Shown: in pieces, positions 36,416 through 46,779 of the stretch
Numbering within the stretch: position 1 is the stretch's first letter
How the letters are laid out: each line of letters begins with the position of its first letter
From: Malacoraja senta
Taxonomy: Eukaryota
DNA: 64,000 nt
Direction: 5' to 3'
NCBI GenBank assembly: GCA_038087875.1
Contig: CM075989.1
Span: 124,001-188,000, forward strand
Program-made: the position numbers and the translations under genes
The notes under the pieces: generated by a model
Database searches by the model: none
What the model was told of the DNA's origin: nothing
The model's input: the letters and a program-made list of their open reading frames with translations, nothing else

Positions 36416-38131
36416 CAGTTGCTAGACAAGGGAACTAACTTTGAAACTAATGAAGCTTAAATTTCAGGGCCATTAATCCCGGAGGGGATCCTGAAGCGAC
36501 TTTAGTCCACATTGCTTAAAAATGTTGGGTCTGCTGTATGAGGAGGTGTTTAAAATAATAATAATAATAATATATTGTAATTCAATACAAAATAATAGTT
36601 ACAATTAAAATTAAAAGGTTATTAAAGTATCATGTAGGCTCGCCGTAAACGATAAAACAACGTTCAAATTAAGGATGTTTCATTCTAAATAATTTAAAAC
36701 ATTATTAACATTTCTGACAGAAATTAAAATTTTATTTGAATTATTTATCTTAGGCTTGCCATAATCGAAAAAAATGAAAGCAAATTTCGATGCTTGCGGT
36801 CATTGTAAAGGCCAACACTTTGGAAACTTTATGTTTTCACGAATAATCTTATAAAACCTTAAAATATACTAAACATATAAAACCATTACAATAAATAATA
36901 ACAATTTGAATAATGTACGATTAAAATACAGTAAAAATAAAAAGGTAATAAAAATATCTTCTTTTGTAGATACAAACAGTAGATACCGCGTCGTAACAAC
37001 AAGGGGAGCAGTTGAAAATGCAATCGCAATCACAATGCAAACGTGAATCACGTGATTATCACGTCGTGATAGCACTCGTGATAGCGATCTGGAATAAATT
37101 TTTTTCAATAAAGTGTTCATAAGAATACAATATTTTAATTACCTCTTCTCAAAAATAAATGTTATATTTAGAAAAGTGAGGTAAGTGATAAAAGTGAAAT
37201 AGTGTTAGATTGGCCTAAACCTATTGTTTTTATGAAGAGGTGAACGGAAGGAAGGCAGCGACTGCAAAGCCTAGGCTAATACTGTATTACAAGTATTTAT
37301 GAAAAAGTTTTTTTTAAAAATCTCAGAAAGTAGACCTAAAAGTTGTTGACTATTATGGCATTTTGCAGGAGCTGTATTTTTTTTTTAATTTCTGGATCTC
37401 CAAGAAGATGGGGGGTTTTAAACACACAGCCTCAAACGCATTGTTACAAGGACATTTTCAGATGGAACAAGTGGTATTGCTTCTTTGAGATGAGCTGACA
37501 AATTTAGGATAGAAGTTCTATATCAACTCTATGACTGTTTGATAATCCTGTTACGCAAGAGTATTGACCCATGTGAGCAGATTGCGAAAAGGTTTAAGTT
37601 AGATGCGGACAGTATTAAACGTATAATATCGTATTACGAAGATGATATAGACTACAAATCAGTAAACGAGTGTTATCAGTTCAAAGAATATTTGCACCTT
37701 ACGATAATCCCAGAACACAGAAGAAAATACGCCATCTAAAATGCAATGTGCAGAAGTTGTTCAGCTTATTTATGAGCAACACCTAATTGACGTGTTCCCC
37801 AATATTACTACTACGCTTAAGCTGTACTTGACAATGCCTATCACGAGCTGTGAAGCAGAAAGGTATTTAAAAAATGTCCCTAATTTTCATCCCTCCATAA
37901 CTCGGAATTTGTTTATTCACAACAGTGACTTTGACATGTGAAATAATCCACTACATCAATTTTCATCAACATTTGAAATGTGTGGTTGAATTAAAAAAAA
38001 GTGTAGTGATCCGTCGTGGAACAACCCCATTGAAGAAGATAACAGTGGTTACCGAAACCCCGTTGCTATTTGCGAAGGGGCCCCCATAACAGTTCAAGCT
38101 TCAGGGCCCCAGAAATGTAGGTCCCCCACTG
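36416..38131 (+). mobile_element. hAT transposon remnant (internally deleted)
   Basis: hATC dimerisation motif FPNITTTLKLYLTMPITSCEAERY; CAGT.../...CACTG ends; TGAAGCTT...CAGGGCC subterminal motifs at both ends. Confidence 0.75.
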
Positions 38132-38189
38132 TAGCTGTAGGGAAAAACTAGGACAGATGAAATATTAAATGTGTTCGTCAAATATCTTT

Positions 38190-38363
<174 letters not shown>

Positions 38364-38364
38364 C

Positions 38365-39000
38365 GTTCACTCAAACAAAGAGTGAATGGGGAACTAACAG
38401 ATTGGTTCGCCACTGCAGTTGCAGTGCGACAAGAGTGTGTGATCTCACCACAGCTATTTAACATCCTGCGCGAACTGGTCATGTTGTATGCATTGCACGA
38501 CACACATATGTAGGCGTAAATATCCAAGGTCAGCTCCTAAATAACCTGCGCTTCGCAGATGACATCGCACTCATTGCTGCGAGTGAAACCGACCTCCAGA
38601 CTTTGGTAAACCTCGTACATGAAAGCGAAAAAGCGTTTGGACTGAAAATTAACTTAGCAAAAACACGTGCAGGCGATCTCCAAAGAGAACATAAAATAAA
38701 CATCTAAATCAGTGACACATCATTAGCCCAGTTGAGGCTTTCACATATCTAGGAGGAAAGATATGTCAAACTGGATCCTACACCCAAGACGTAAAATTAC
38801 GCATTGGGAAAGCTGTTGGGACTGTTCAAAACCTCCAAAAGATATGGAGCGCCAAAGACATCAGAAGCAGCACTAAGATCAATCTCTATAAAGTACTTGT
38901 GCTCTCAATACTGTTGTATGGAGCATAAATATGGACACTAAGAAAGGAAGTTGAAAACAGACTTTCAACATTTGAAGTGATGTCCCTTCACAAAATAAGA
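38365..39000 (+). mobile_element. RTE-clade LINE RT fragment
   Basis: [44 protein letters not shown]. Confidence 0.8.
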
Positions 39001-39083
39001 CCCCTTCCTAACCCTGTTGTTTGTTCACGGTTCCAAGCGAGAGGCTAAGTGGCAGTGATTGTAGAATGTTTGCACGTCCTAAA

Positions 39084-39606
39084 TATAGAAACATAGATAA
39101 TAGGTGCAGGAAGAGGCCATTCGGCCCTTTGAGCCATCACCGGCATTCGATAATATCATGACTGATCATCTAAAATCAGTACCCCGTTCCTGCTTTCTCC
39201 CCATATCCCTTGATTCCATTAGTGCTAAGAGCTAGATCTAACTCCCGCGTGAAAAACAAAACAGCGAATTGGCCTCCACTGCATTCGATGGCATGAATTC
39301 CTCATCTAAGTGCAAAATAGCCTACCCCTTATTCTTAAACTGTGTGACCCCTGTTCCTGGACTTCCCCAACATTGGGAACATCATTCCTGCATCTAGCCT
39401 GCCAAACCCTTAAGAATTGCAAATGTTTCTTTAAGATTACCTGTCACCCATCCAAGTTCCAGTGAATATAAGCCCAGTCGACCTAATCTTTCATCATATG
39501 ACAGTCTCGCCATCCCGAGACTCAACCTGGTGAACCTATACTGCACTCCCTCAATAGCAAGAATATCCTTCCTCAAATTAGGAGACCATAACTGGACACA
39601 TATCCA
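39084..39606 (-). mobile_element. CR1 3' fragment
   Basis: CR1 tail and ORF2 C-terminus. Confidence 0.85.
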
Positions 39607-39646
39607 AGGTCCGTATAGACGGCCTGCTGCATGAAGCAATGTAATG

Positions 39647-39921
39647 ATGCAAATTGATGCAAATATGTACATTAAAATAGAATTAGCTAATCGATCGTTT
39701 GGACATAAATGTGCCAATTCAAAACGGCAAAGCCTAGTCACAGATCTGGATGAAGGTCATGCATTAGGAACGCATCCGTTTACAATGCGTGTAAAATAAA
39801 TGAAAAGATCGTGCGGCGACCTCTGTGACATTGTGGATATAAATACGAAACCTCATCTTCTGAACAGAGCAACAGACAATAAGTGACTTCGGTATTCTGA
39901 AAAACGCAAGGAATCATGGGA
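39647..39921 (+). promoter_or_regulatory. Cluster of tandem octamers, TATA box and ZNF143/SPH-like motif
   Basis: ATGCAAAT at 39647 and 39657; TATAAATA at 39838; TCCCATGATTCCTTGC on the minus strand at 39906-39921. Function is not shown. Confidence 0.4.
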
Positions 39922-40502
39922 TTTGTCAAACCTCAAACGCTATGAATCAAATCGAACGAAGCGCTGTAGATTCAGTGAACATAGTTTGTGTCCATTTTTT
40001 TGGTCATTTTTCAAGTTTGGATTTGTCAGGGGGCAGAGTGATGGGGCAGATCAGAGCGGGAGAGCGGGGGGGGAGAGAGAGGCTGCACCGGTGGAGACAT
40101 TCTCGGCAGCTGCACGTACACAGACCCACGCCTCATCCGCAGCCAGGCTCGAGCCCGTGACCCTGGCGCGGCAAGCGCTGCCGAACCGCCACTGGACCGT
40201 CCCCTGTCCCACCCTCCCCGATCGAGTGTCACATCCCCGCCCGGGGGCACGTCCTGAGACATCCCGACCGACGGGACACTGACCCCAGGCCCACTGCCAG
40301 CACGCAGAATAAGTGCCAACCCCAGATCACCTCCGCCTCTCCCAACGGGCCAACTGACAGCCCCGGACCGACGACACCAGTGGCCCAGGCCCGCAACCAG
40401 CGCGGAGAAGAAGCGCCTACTCCAGCCCAACCCCGCTCCAAATCCAGAGGAATCCGCTCCGAGGTGGGACGCTACGGCGACAAGAGCCAGTTTAACCATG
40501 GC

Positions 40503-41599
40503 TGTCTGGACTACACTTCTTCCCACCCTGCTTCCTGTAAGGACTCCATTCCCCACTCCCAATTCCTCCGTCTACGCCGCATCTGCTCCCAGGTTGACGC
40601 GTTCCACACCAGGGCATCCGAAATGTCCTCATTCTTCAGGGAACGGGGGTTCCCCTCCTCCACCATAGATGAGGCTCGCACCAGGGTCTCTGCTATACCC
40701 CGCAACACTGCTCTCTCTCCCCATCCCCCCACTCGCAACAAGGGCAGTGTCCCCCTAGTCCTCACCTTTCACCCCACCAGCCGTCACATACAACAAGTGA
40801 TCCTCCGTCGGTTTTGCCACCTCCAACGTGACCCCACCACTCGCCACATCTTCCCATCTCCCCCTATGTCTGCCTTCCGCAAAGACCGCTCCCTCCGTAA
40901 CTCCCTTGTCAATTCTTCCCTTCCCTCCCGTACCATCCCCTCCCCGGGCACTTTCCCTTGCAACCGCAAGAGATACAACACTTGTCCCTTCACCTCCCCC
41001 CTCGACTCCATTCAAGGACCCAAGCAGTCGTTCCAGGTGCGACAGAGGTTCACCTGCATCTCCTCCAACCTCATCTATTGCATCCGCTGCTCTAGATGTC
41101 AGCTGATCTACATCGGTGAGACCAAGCTTGACGATCGTTTCGCCGAACACCTCCGTTCGGTCCGCAATAACCAACCTGACCGCCCGGTGACTCAGCACTT
41201 CAACTCCCCCTCCCATTCCGTATCCGACCTCTCTGTCCTGGATCTCCTCCATGACCAGAGCGAGCAACACCAGAAATTGGAGGAAATGCAACTCAAATGC
41301 ACGTCAGACTTGGGCAGTCTGCATGCCGGGGGCATGAACATTGAATTCTCCCAATTTTGCTAGCCCTTGCTGTCTCCTCCCCTTCCTCAGCCCACTGGTT
41401 GTCTCCTCCCACCCCTCAGCCCTCGGGCTCCTCCTCCGCCTTTTTCCTTTCTTCTCCCCACCCCCTATCAGTCTGAAGAAGGGTTTCGGCCCGAAACGTT
41501 GCCTACTTCCTTCGCTCCATAGATGCTGCTGCACCCGCTGAGTTTCTCCAGCATTTTTGTGTACCTTCGATTTTCCAGCATCTGCAGTTCCTTCTTTAA
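40503..41599 (+). mobile_element. Penelope-like element (RT C-terminus, GIY-YIG endonuclease, pLTR), 5'-truncated
   Basis: LDYTSSHP, IPHSQFLRLRRICS, NLIYCIRC..C.LIYIGET, RFAEH, QHFN; 15-bp TSD CAGTTTAACCATGGC at 40488-40502 and 41600-41614. Confidence 0.95.
41468..41506 (+). ncRNA. Minimal hammerhead ribozyme-like motif
   Basis: CTGAAGA-A-GGGT(TTCG)GCCC-GAAAC-GTT. Confidence 0.6.
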
Positions 41600-42392
41600 C
41601 AGTTTAACCATGGCCTGGCCGAGCTGCGCTCCCTCAGCCACCGCGTCAAGTACAAGACGGCGCCGTGGCGCACCTTGCACACAACCGGCTTCTGCCCCCA
41701 CGGTACCCGCTGCCACATCATCCACAACCCCGGGGAGGAGCGAGGGCCCAGGACTCGCCTGCGCCAGAGCCCCCACAAACCCGAGCCAGCCTGGGCTCGG
41801 CCTCCTCCGGTTCGACTGGGCCGCGCTGCGGGTGGCCTTCAGCCCTGACCTGGAGTTGGAGCTGGCCCGGGCTCTGAGCTCGGGGCTGGGCAGGGGAGGA
41901 GGAAGTTGCTGCTGCCGCCAGCACCACCTTCACCAACAGCAGCTGGAGCCCGGCCTGCCCATGGCCGGCAGGAGCCCATCTGTAGACTCTCTGTCCGACC
42001 AGGACGACTCCAGCAGCAGCGGCTCCGAGTCCCCCGACTTCGAGCAGGGTCGGCGGCTGCCCATCTTCAGCAGGTTCTCTGTGTCGGACTGAGGGAAGGG
42101 GGTGGAGGTGGAGAAGAGAAGTCAGTCAAGGTGTTGCTGTCCCGTCAGGTTGTGGTTGCGTGCCGTCTCCCATAGGGTGTCACCCTCCCCTCCGGGTTTG
42201 TGGGGGCTGGCGTACCCTGGTGTGGAAGACTGGAGGGGCAAGGGGCAATGGCATCTTTCCAATTGAGAGAATGTAAGTTCTCAACAGCCACTGGACAAGG
42301 CGAGAGGTCACCGGCCCGCCGGGAATGCCCCCCCTCCCCCCCCACACCGGGAGCCGGAGCAGAGCCAGCGCCTCCGCCCCGCGCCGACTGCA

Positions 42393-44650
42393 AGTAGTAT
42401 TGCGTAGGCTAATGGGACTGAAGGGTGATAAAACCCCTGGGCCTGATGGTCTGCATCACAGGGTCCTCGTGGAGGTGGCTCTAGATATAGAGGATGCATT
42501 GGGGATCATTTTCCAATGTTCACTTGATTCAGGATCAGTTCCTGTGGATTGGAGGATAGCTAATGTTATCTCACTTTTCAAGAAAGGATCGAGTAAGAAA
42601 ACGGGGAATTACAGACCAGTTAGCCTGACTTCGGTGGTGGGAAAGATGCAGGAGTCAATTATTAAAGAACTATTTATGGGACATTTGGATAGCAGTAAAA
42701 GGATTAATCCAATTCAGCATGGATTTATGAAAGGGAAATCATGCTTGACTAATCGTCTGGAATTTTTTGAGGATGTGACAAGTAAAACGGATGAAGGGTA
42801 TATAGTGTATCTAGACTTTCAGAAATCCTTTGATAAGGTCCCGCACGGGAGACTGGTGACTAAAATTAGAGCACATGGTATTGGGGGTAGGGTGTTTGGG
42901 GCCGCAACTGTTTACCATATATATTAATGATTTGGAAGAGGGAATTAGGAGCTACACTGGCAAGTTTGCGGATGACACAATGCTGGGTGGCAGTGTGAAC
43001 TGTGAAGTGGATATTAGGAGGTTGCAGGGTGACCTGGACAGGTTGAGTGAGTGGGCAGATGCGTGGCAGATGCAGTATAATATAGATAAATGTGAGGTTA
43101 TCCACTTTGGCGGCAAAAACAAGGGGGCAGATTATTATCTCAATGGGGTTAGGTTAGGTAAGGGGAACGAACAGCGAGACCTGGGTGTCCTTGTACACCA
43201 GTCCCTGAAAGTTGGCGTGCAGGTACAGCAGGCAGTGAAGAAAGCTAATGGAATGTTGGCCTTCATAACAAGAGGATTTCAGTATAGAAGTAAAGAAGTT
43301 CTTCTGCAGCTGTATAGGGCTCCGGTAAGACCACATCTGGAGTATTGTGTACAGTTTTGGTCTCCTAATTTGAGGAAGAACATCCTTGTGATTAAATGGC
43401 CTGTCCCACGGGTAGGCGACTCCATGCGGCAAGCGCAACCTAACCGGAAGCGGTGGCCGCGCAGAGGCCGAGTGATCACCGTACGGCCTGTCCCACGGGC
43501 ATGCGATTCCATGCGGCGAGCGCGACCTTACCGGAAGTGGGGGCTACGCGGACGTCCAGTTTGAGCGAAGTCCGTTGGAAGCTCGAGTGGTTTTTATGTA
43601 GGTGAACACGGGTAGGTGATGTTTAGGTTTTTATGTAGATGAACACGGATAGGTGGTGTTTCGAGTCGTGACCCTTCCTCAGACCATAGAAGACTGCAGA
43701 AGACTTCAGTCCGAAGAAGGTGTCTCGACCCGAAACACCACCTGTCCACAGAAGCTGCCTGATCTACTGAGTTACTCCAGCATGTTTGGTGTGTCCATCA
43801 TCGGTGTAAATGGGCATCTGCAGTTCCTTCCTTCACAACAATTCCAGAGTTGACGGAGACGGTGCACGCGGCGTCGAGGCGGTGCGCGCAGCCTCGATGC
43901 GGCAGGCGGTTGCCGCGCGAAATTTTTGAGCAGTGTCGGTTTTTCGGAGCCCCGCGTGGTGTCGAGACCAACTCCATACGGCTCCGGCGATCTACGTGGG
44001 ACCAGCCCCGCGACCTCCGCGCGGCCCCCGCACGGCCCCCGCTTCCGGTTAGGTCGCGCTTGCCGCATGGAGGGCCTGCCCTTGGGACAGGTCCTTAAGG
44101 CAGTGCAGCGTAGGTTCACGAGATTGAGCCCCGGGATGGCGGGACTGTCATATGAGAAAAGATTGAAAAGACTAGGCTTGTATTCACTGGAGTTTAGTAG
44201 GATGAGGGGATTATTATAGAAACATAAAATTATAAAAGGACTGGACAGCCTTAGAATAAAGGGGAGGCCATTTAAGACTGAGGTGAGAAAAAACTTTTTT
44301 ACCCAGAGAGTTTTGAATTTGTGGAATTTCCTGCCACAGAGGGCAGTGGAAGCCAAATCACAGGATAGATTTAAGAGAGAGTTAGATAGAGCTCTAGGGG
44401 CTAGTGGAAACAAGGGATATGGGGAGAATATAGTCATAGTCAATGCCTACTATGTACTGTTGTGCTGAAGCAAAGCAAGAATTTCATTGTCCTATTAGGG
44501 ACACATGACAATAAACTCACTTGAACTTGAACTTGAAGGCAGGCACGGGTTATTGATTGGGGCCGATCAGCCATGATCACAATGAATGGCGGTTCTGACT
44601 CGAAGGGCCGAATGGTCTCCTCCTGCACCTATTTTCTGTGTTTCTATGTT
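42393..44650 (+). mobile_element. CR1 RT to 3' end, interrupted by a MITE and a short Rex1 tail
   Basis: ORFs 42325-42927 and 42875-43395; the CR1 resumes at 44099 (AVQRRFTRL). Confidence 0.9.
43396..44095. mobile_element. PIF/Harbinger-type MITE with a nested Penelope-derived piece
   Basis: ~70-bp imperfect TIRs (A.G.CCTGTCCCA.GGG.AGGC...); TAA TSD at 43393-43395 and 44096-44098. Confidence 0.8.
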
Positions 44651-45349
44651 TCTAAACCAGGCGGTAGTGTACATCGACCTCAGATGCAGATCACTGTTGC
44701 TGATTGTTGTTCTCCCGATCCGTAATCCAGTTCGGGTTTCCACTATACCATCTGGTGGTGTGTGAAAAGCTGTTCTCACTTTGATCTAGGACTCAGAGCC
44801 TACAGCAGCTTATGTAATGCTGTCTCCATGTGATGTTATTAAAATACTTATTATGAAGTTAAACGACTCAGTGTTATCAGTATTTCATACCCCAGACCCA
44901 CCAAGCCCTGATACACGACTCACGCTGAGACCCACCGCCGACCTCTCCCCCAAAACCTTGTCTCTGTGACCTCCCTATCAAGGGATGATTGAACTAAGGA
45001 ATTGAAGCGAAAGGCGTCTCTGCGGAAGGCAGCCAGAGAGGGGTGGAGATGGTAAGACGTAGATGTGACTGGACGTGGGATGGAAACCACGGCATACAAT
45101 GTTGTGGATGCAAAAGCAGGTGTTTACCCCACAAAAATGTGTACTTACACATCGCCTGTTGTTCTGGAGTCATTGCGGACGCACGCGCAGCCAGCAACAT
45201 GCCAATGAGAAACAGGAACATTATCCCCATCTTTTGCTTGCTTCTTATTTAAGCTCAAAGAATGCGAGAAGATCTGGTATCTAAACTGAGACTTTGCTGC
45301 ATTTATACTGAGCGAGGAGGTGCGTTGCGTTGACGGGTATGGTGTGGTG

Positions 45350-45990
45350 AAGGTGCCAGCTAGTCAGTCATTGTGGACGTTTTGTTCCATGCGGAGCCCG
45401 TCGGTCCATCAAGTCTTCATTGGCTCGGGCACACCGATCAGTTGCCAGCATGATTTACCAAGACAGCATGATCTAGTCTGCAATACACATGTTCCAAGTT
45501 TATAGGTCGTAAAACTGACGCCAGACGCTGAAAGAGCCCGCGTGTCAAACTTCCGGACATGACTCCTTGTCCTCGGGCTTCGTGTCCATTTCATTCGTGT
45601 GACGTGTCCAGGCCTAATGAATCCGTGTTTCGACAAGAATGTAAGACATGTTCAATTTCCTGTCGTTGGCAAATGTACCAGCAACCTGCCGCACAACCCC
45701 ATGCGAATCAACTGAACCCAGTATTCGACATGCAGAATAACAAACATCTGGTACAACTGTAGCACAAGGTGGTAGCTTCACAGACATCTGGTACAATTGT
45801 AGTATGAAGTGCAGCCTCACAAACATCTGGTACAACAATAGCTTGAGGTGCTAGCTTCGGCCCACTTATCCAGTTGATCAAGGACATGCCTTCCAGTCCT
45901 GGCCAAATGCAATCTGATTTTATTTCATTCATTTCTGCTGTCAATGTGGAGTTCTGACCCTCGTAATCTCGGCTGGAAAGTCATTTTAAA
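45350..45990 (-). mobile_element. Highly decayed RTE-like LINE C-terminal fragment
   Basis: LRGSE (cf. LYGSE), CRILG and PGHVTRM..RSP occur in RTE order; internal triplication of CA.ACATCTGGTACAA. Confidence 0.45.
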
Positions 45991-46279
45991 AGAAAGCTAT
46001 GAGCCAGAGCTGATCAATAGGAACAGCAAAAGGGTTGTTTGCCATTAATTCGATGCGCCGACAAGCTATTTCTGCAGAGCATGTTGCGATCACGTTTTCT
46101 TTCTGATTTGACTGCAGCTTGACTGCTTTATTCTGGTGTTTTAGAATAGGGCAGTGGAGCCCTGGTCATCCCCGAGGCACGAGAAGTCAGTTCGCACTTC
46201 GTTGTGGTCCATGATGCACTGCAGACAGCCCACTTTGTCAACAGACTATAACGGAAACATTGTTCTTTAGCAAAACAGA

Positions 46280-46745
46280 AACCCAGCGAGTTAGGCACCA
46301 TCTGGGAAGGGAAAAACAGGCGGTATAACGTTTCAGGCCCTTCTCGCTAAAGGGATAAAGCTGGAATAGAGAGATGGGGAATAGAGAAAGTGGCAAGTGG
46401 GTGGTCGGTGCGTGTGACCGCATGGATTAGCAGATGGACGGAGCAAGTTACAAAGGACACTGAATGTTGTCAGATAGGAGAGAAGTGGAAAGAAATGTGA
46501 AGCCAGAGAGAGGGATATATTTGGAGGGGAATAATGTCTCGCGGATTGGAGAAATGGGTAAGCAGGAAAAGCCGCAGTGGTAGTGGGTGAGGGGGGGGGG
46601 GGGTAGTGTGAGAAATTGATGTGCAACAGTGTTGCGGAAGATAGTTTGTTTGGAATCATTGTTGTAAATTGGATTGTGCAATGTCAATACTGGAAGCTGT
46701 CAACAGACCAAGAGAAAGTATTGTTCCTCCTGTTCCCTGCCGATC
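46280..46745 (-). mobile_element. Decayed Penelope 3' end
   Basis: Resembles the reverse complement of the pLTR and EEQHLIF region of the other Penelope copies. Confidence 0.45.
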
Positions 46746-46779
46746 TAATTTGCTTCGCTCCTTTTTGAATAGTTTATTC

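Larger units (their letters stand above)
40432..42092 (+). pseudogene. ZFP36: ZFP36/tristetraprolin-family (tandem CCCH plus CNOT1-binding motif) pseudogene, copy A, interrupted by Penelope
   Basis: ZF1 end RYGDKSQFNHG (40469-40502). After the insertion: [44 protein letters not shown]...LRQS (from 41609). C-terminus: RSPSVDSLSDQDDSSSSGSESPDFEQGRRLPIFSRFSVSD*. The family is clear; the exact paralogue is less certain. Confidence 0.9.

Noticed and set aside
39780..39797. PSE-like TTACAATGCGTGTAAAAT
   Set aside because: Weak match and ~40 bp from the TATA box, too far for a U6-type promoter.
41523..42092. 189-aa ORF as a functional ZFP36 gene
   Set aside because: It starts inside the Penelope pLTR, reads ZF2 out of frame, and is frameshifted in copy B.
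44567..44779. RTAFHTPPDG as an LTR-retrotransposon RT motif
   Set aside because: No other RT motifs nearby.
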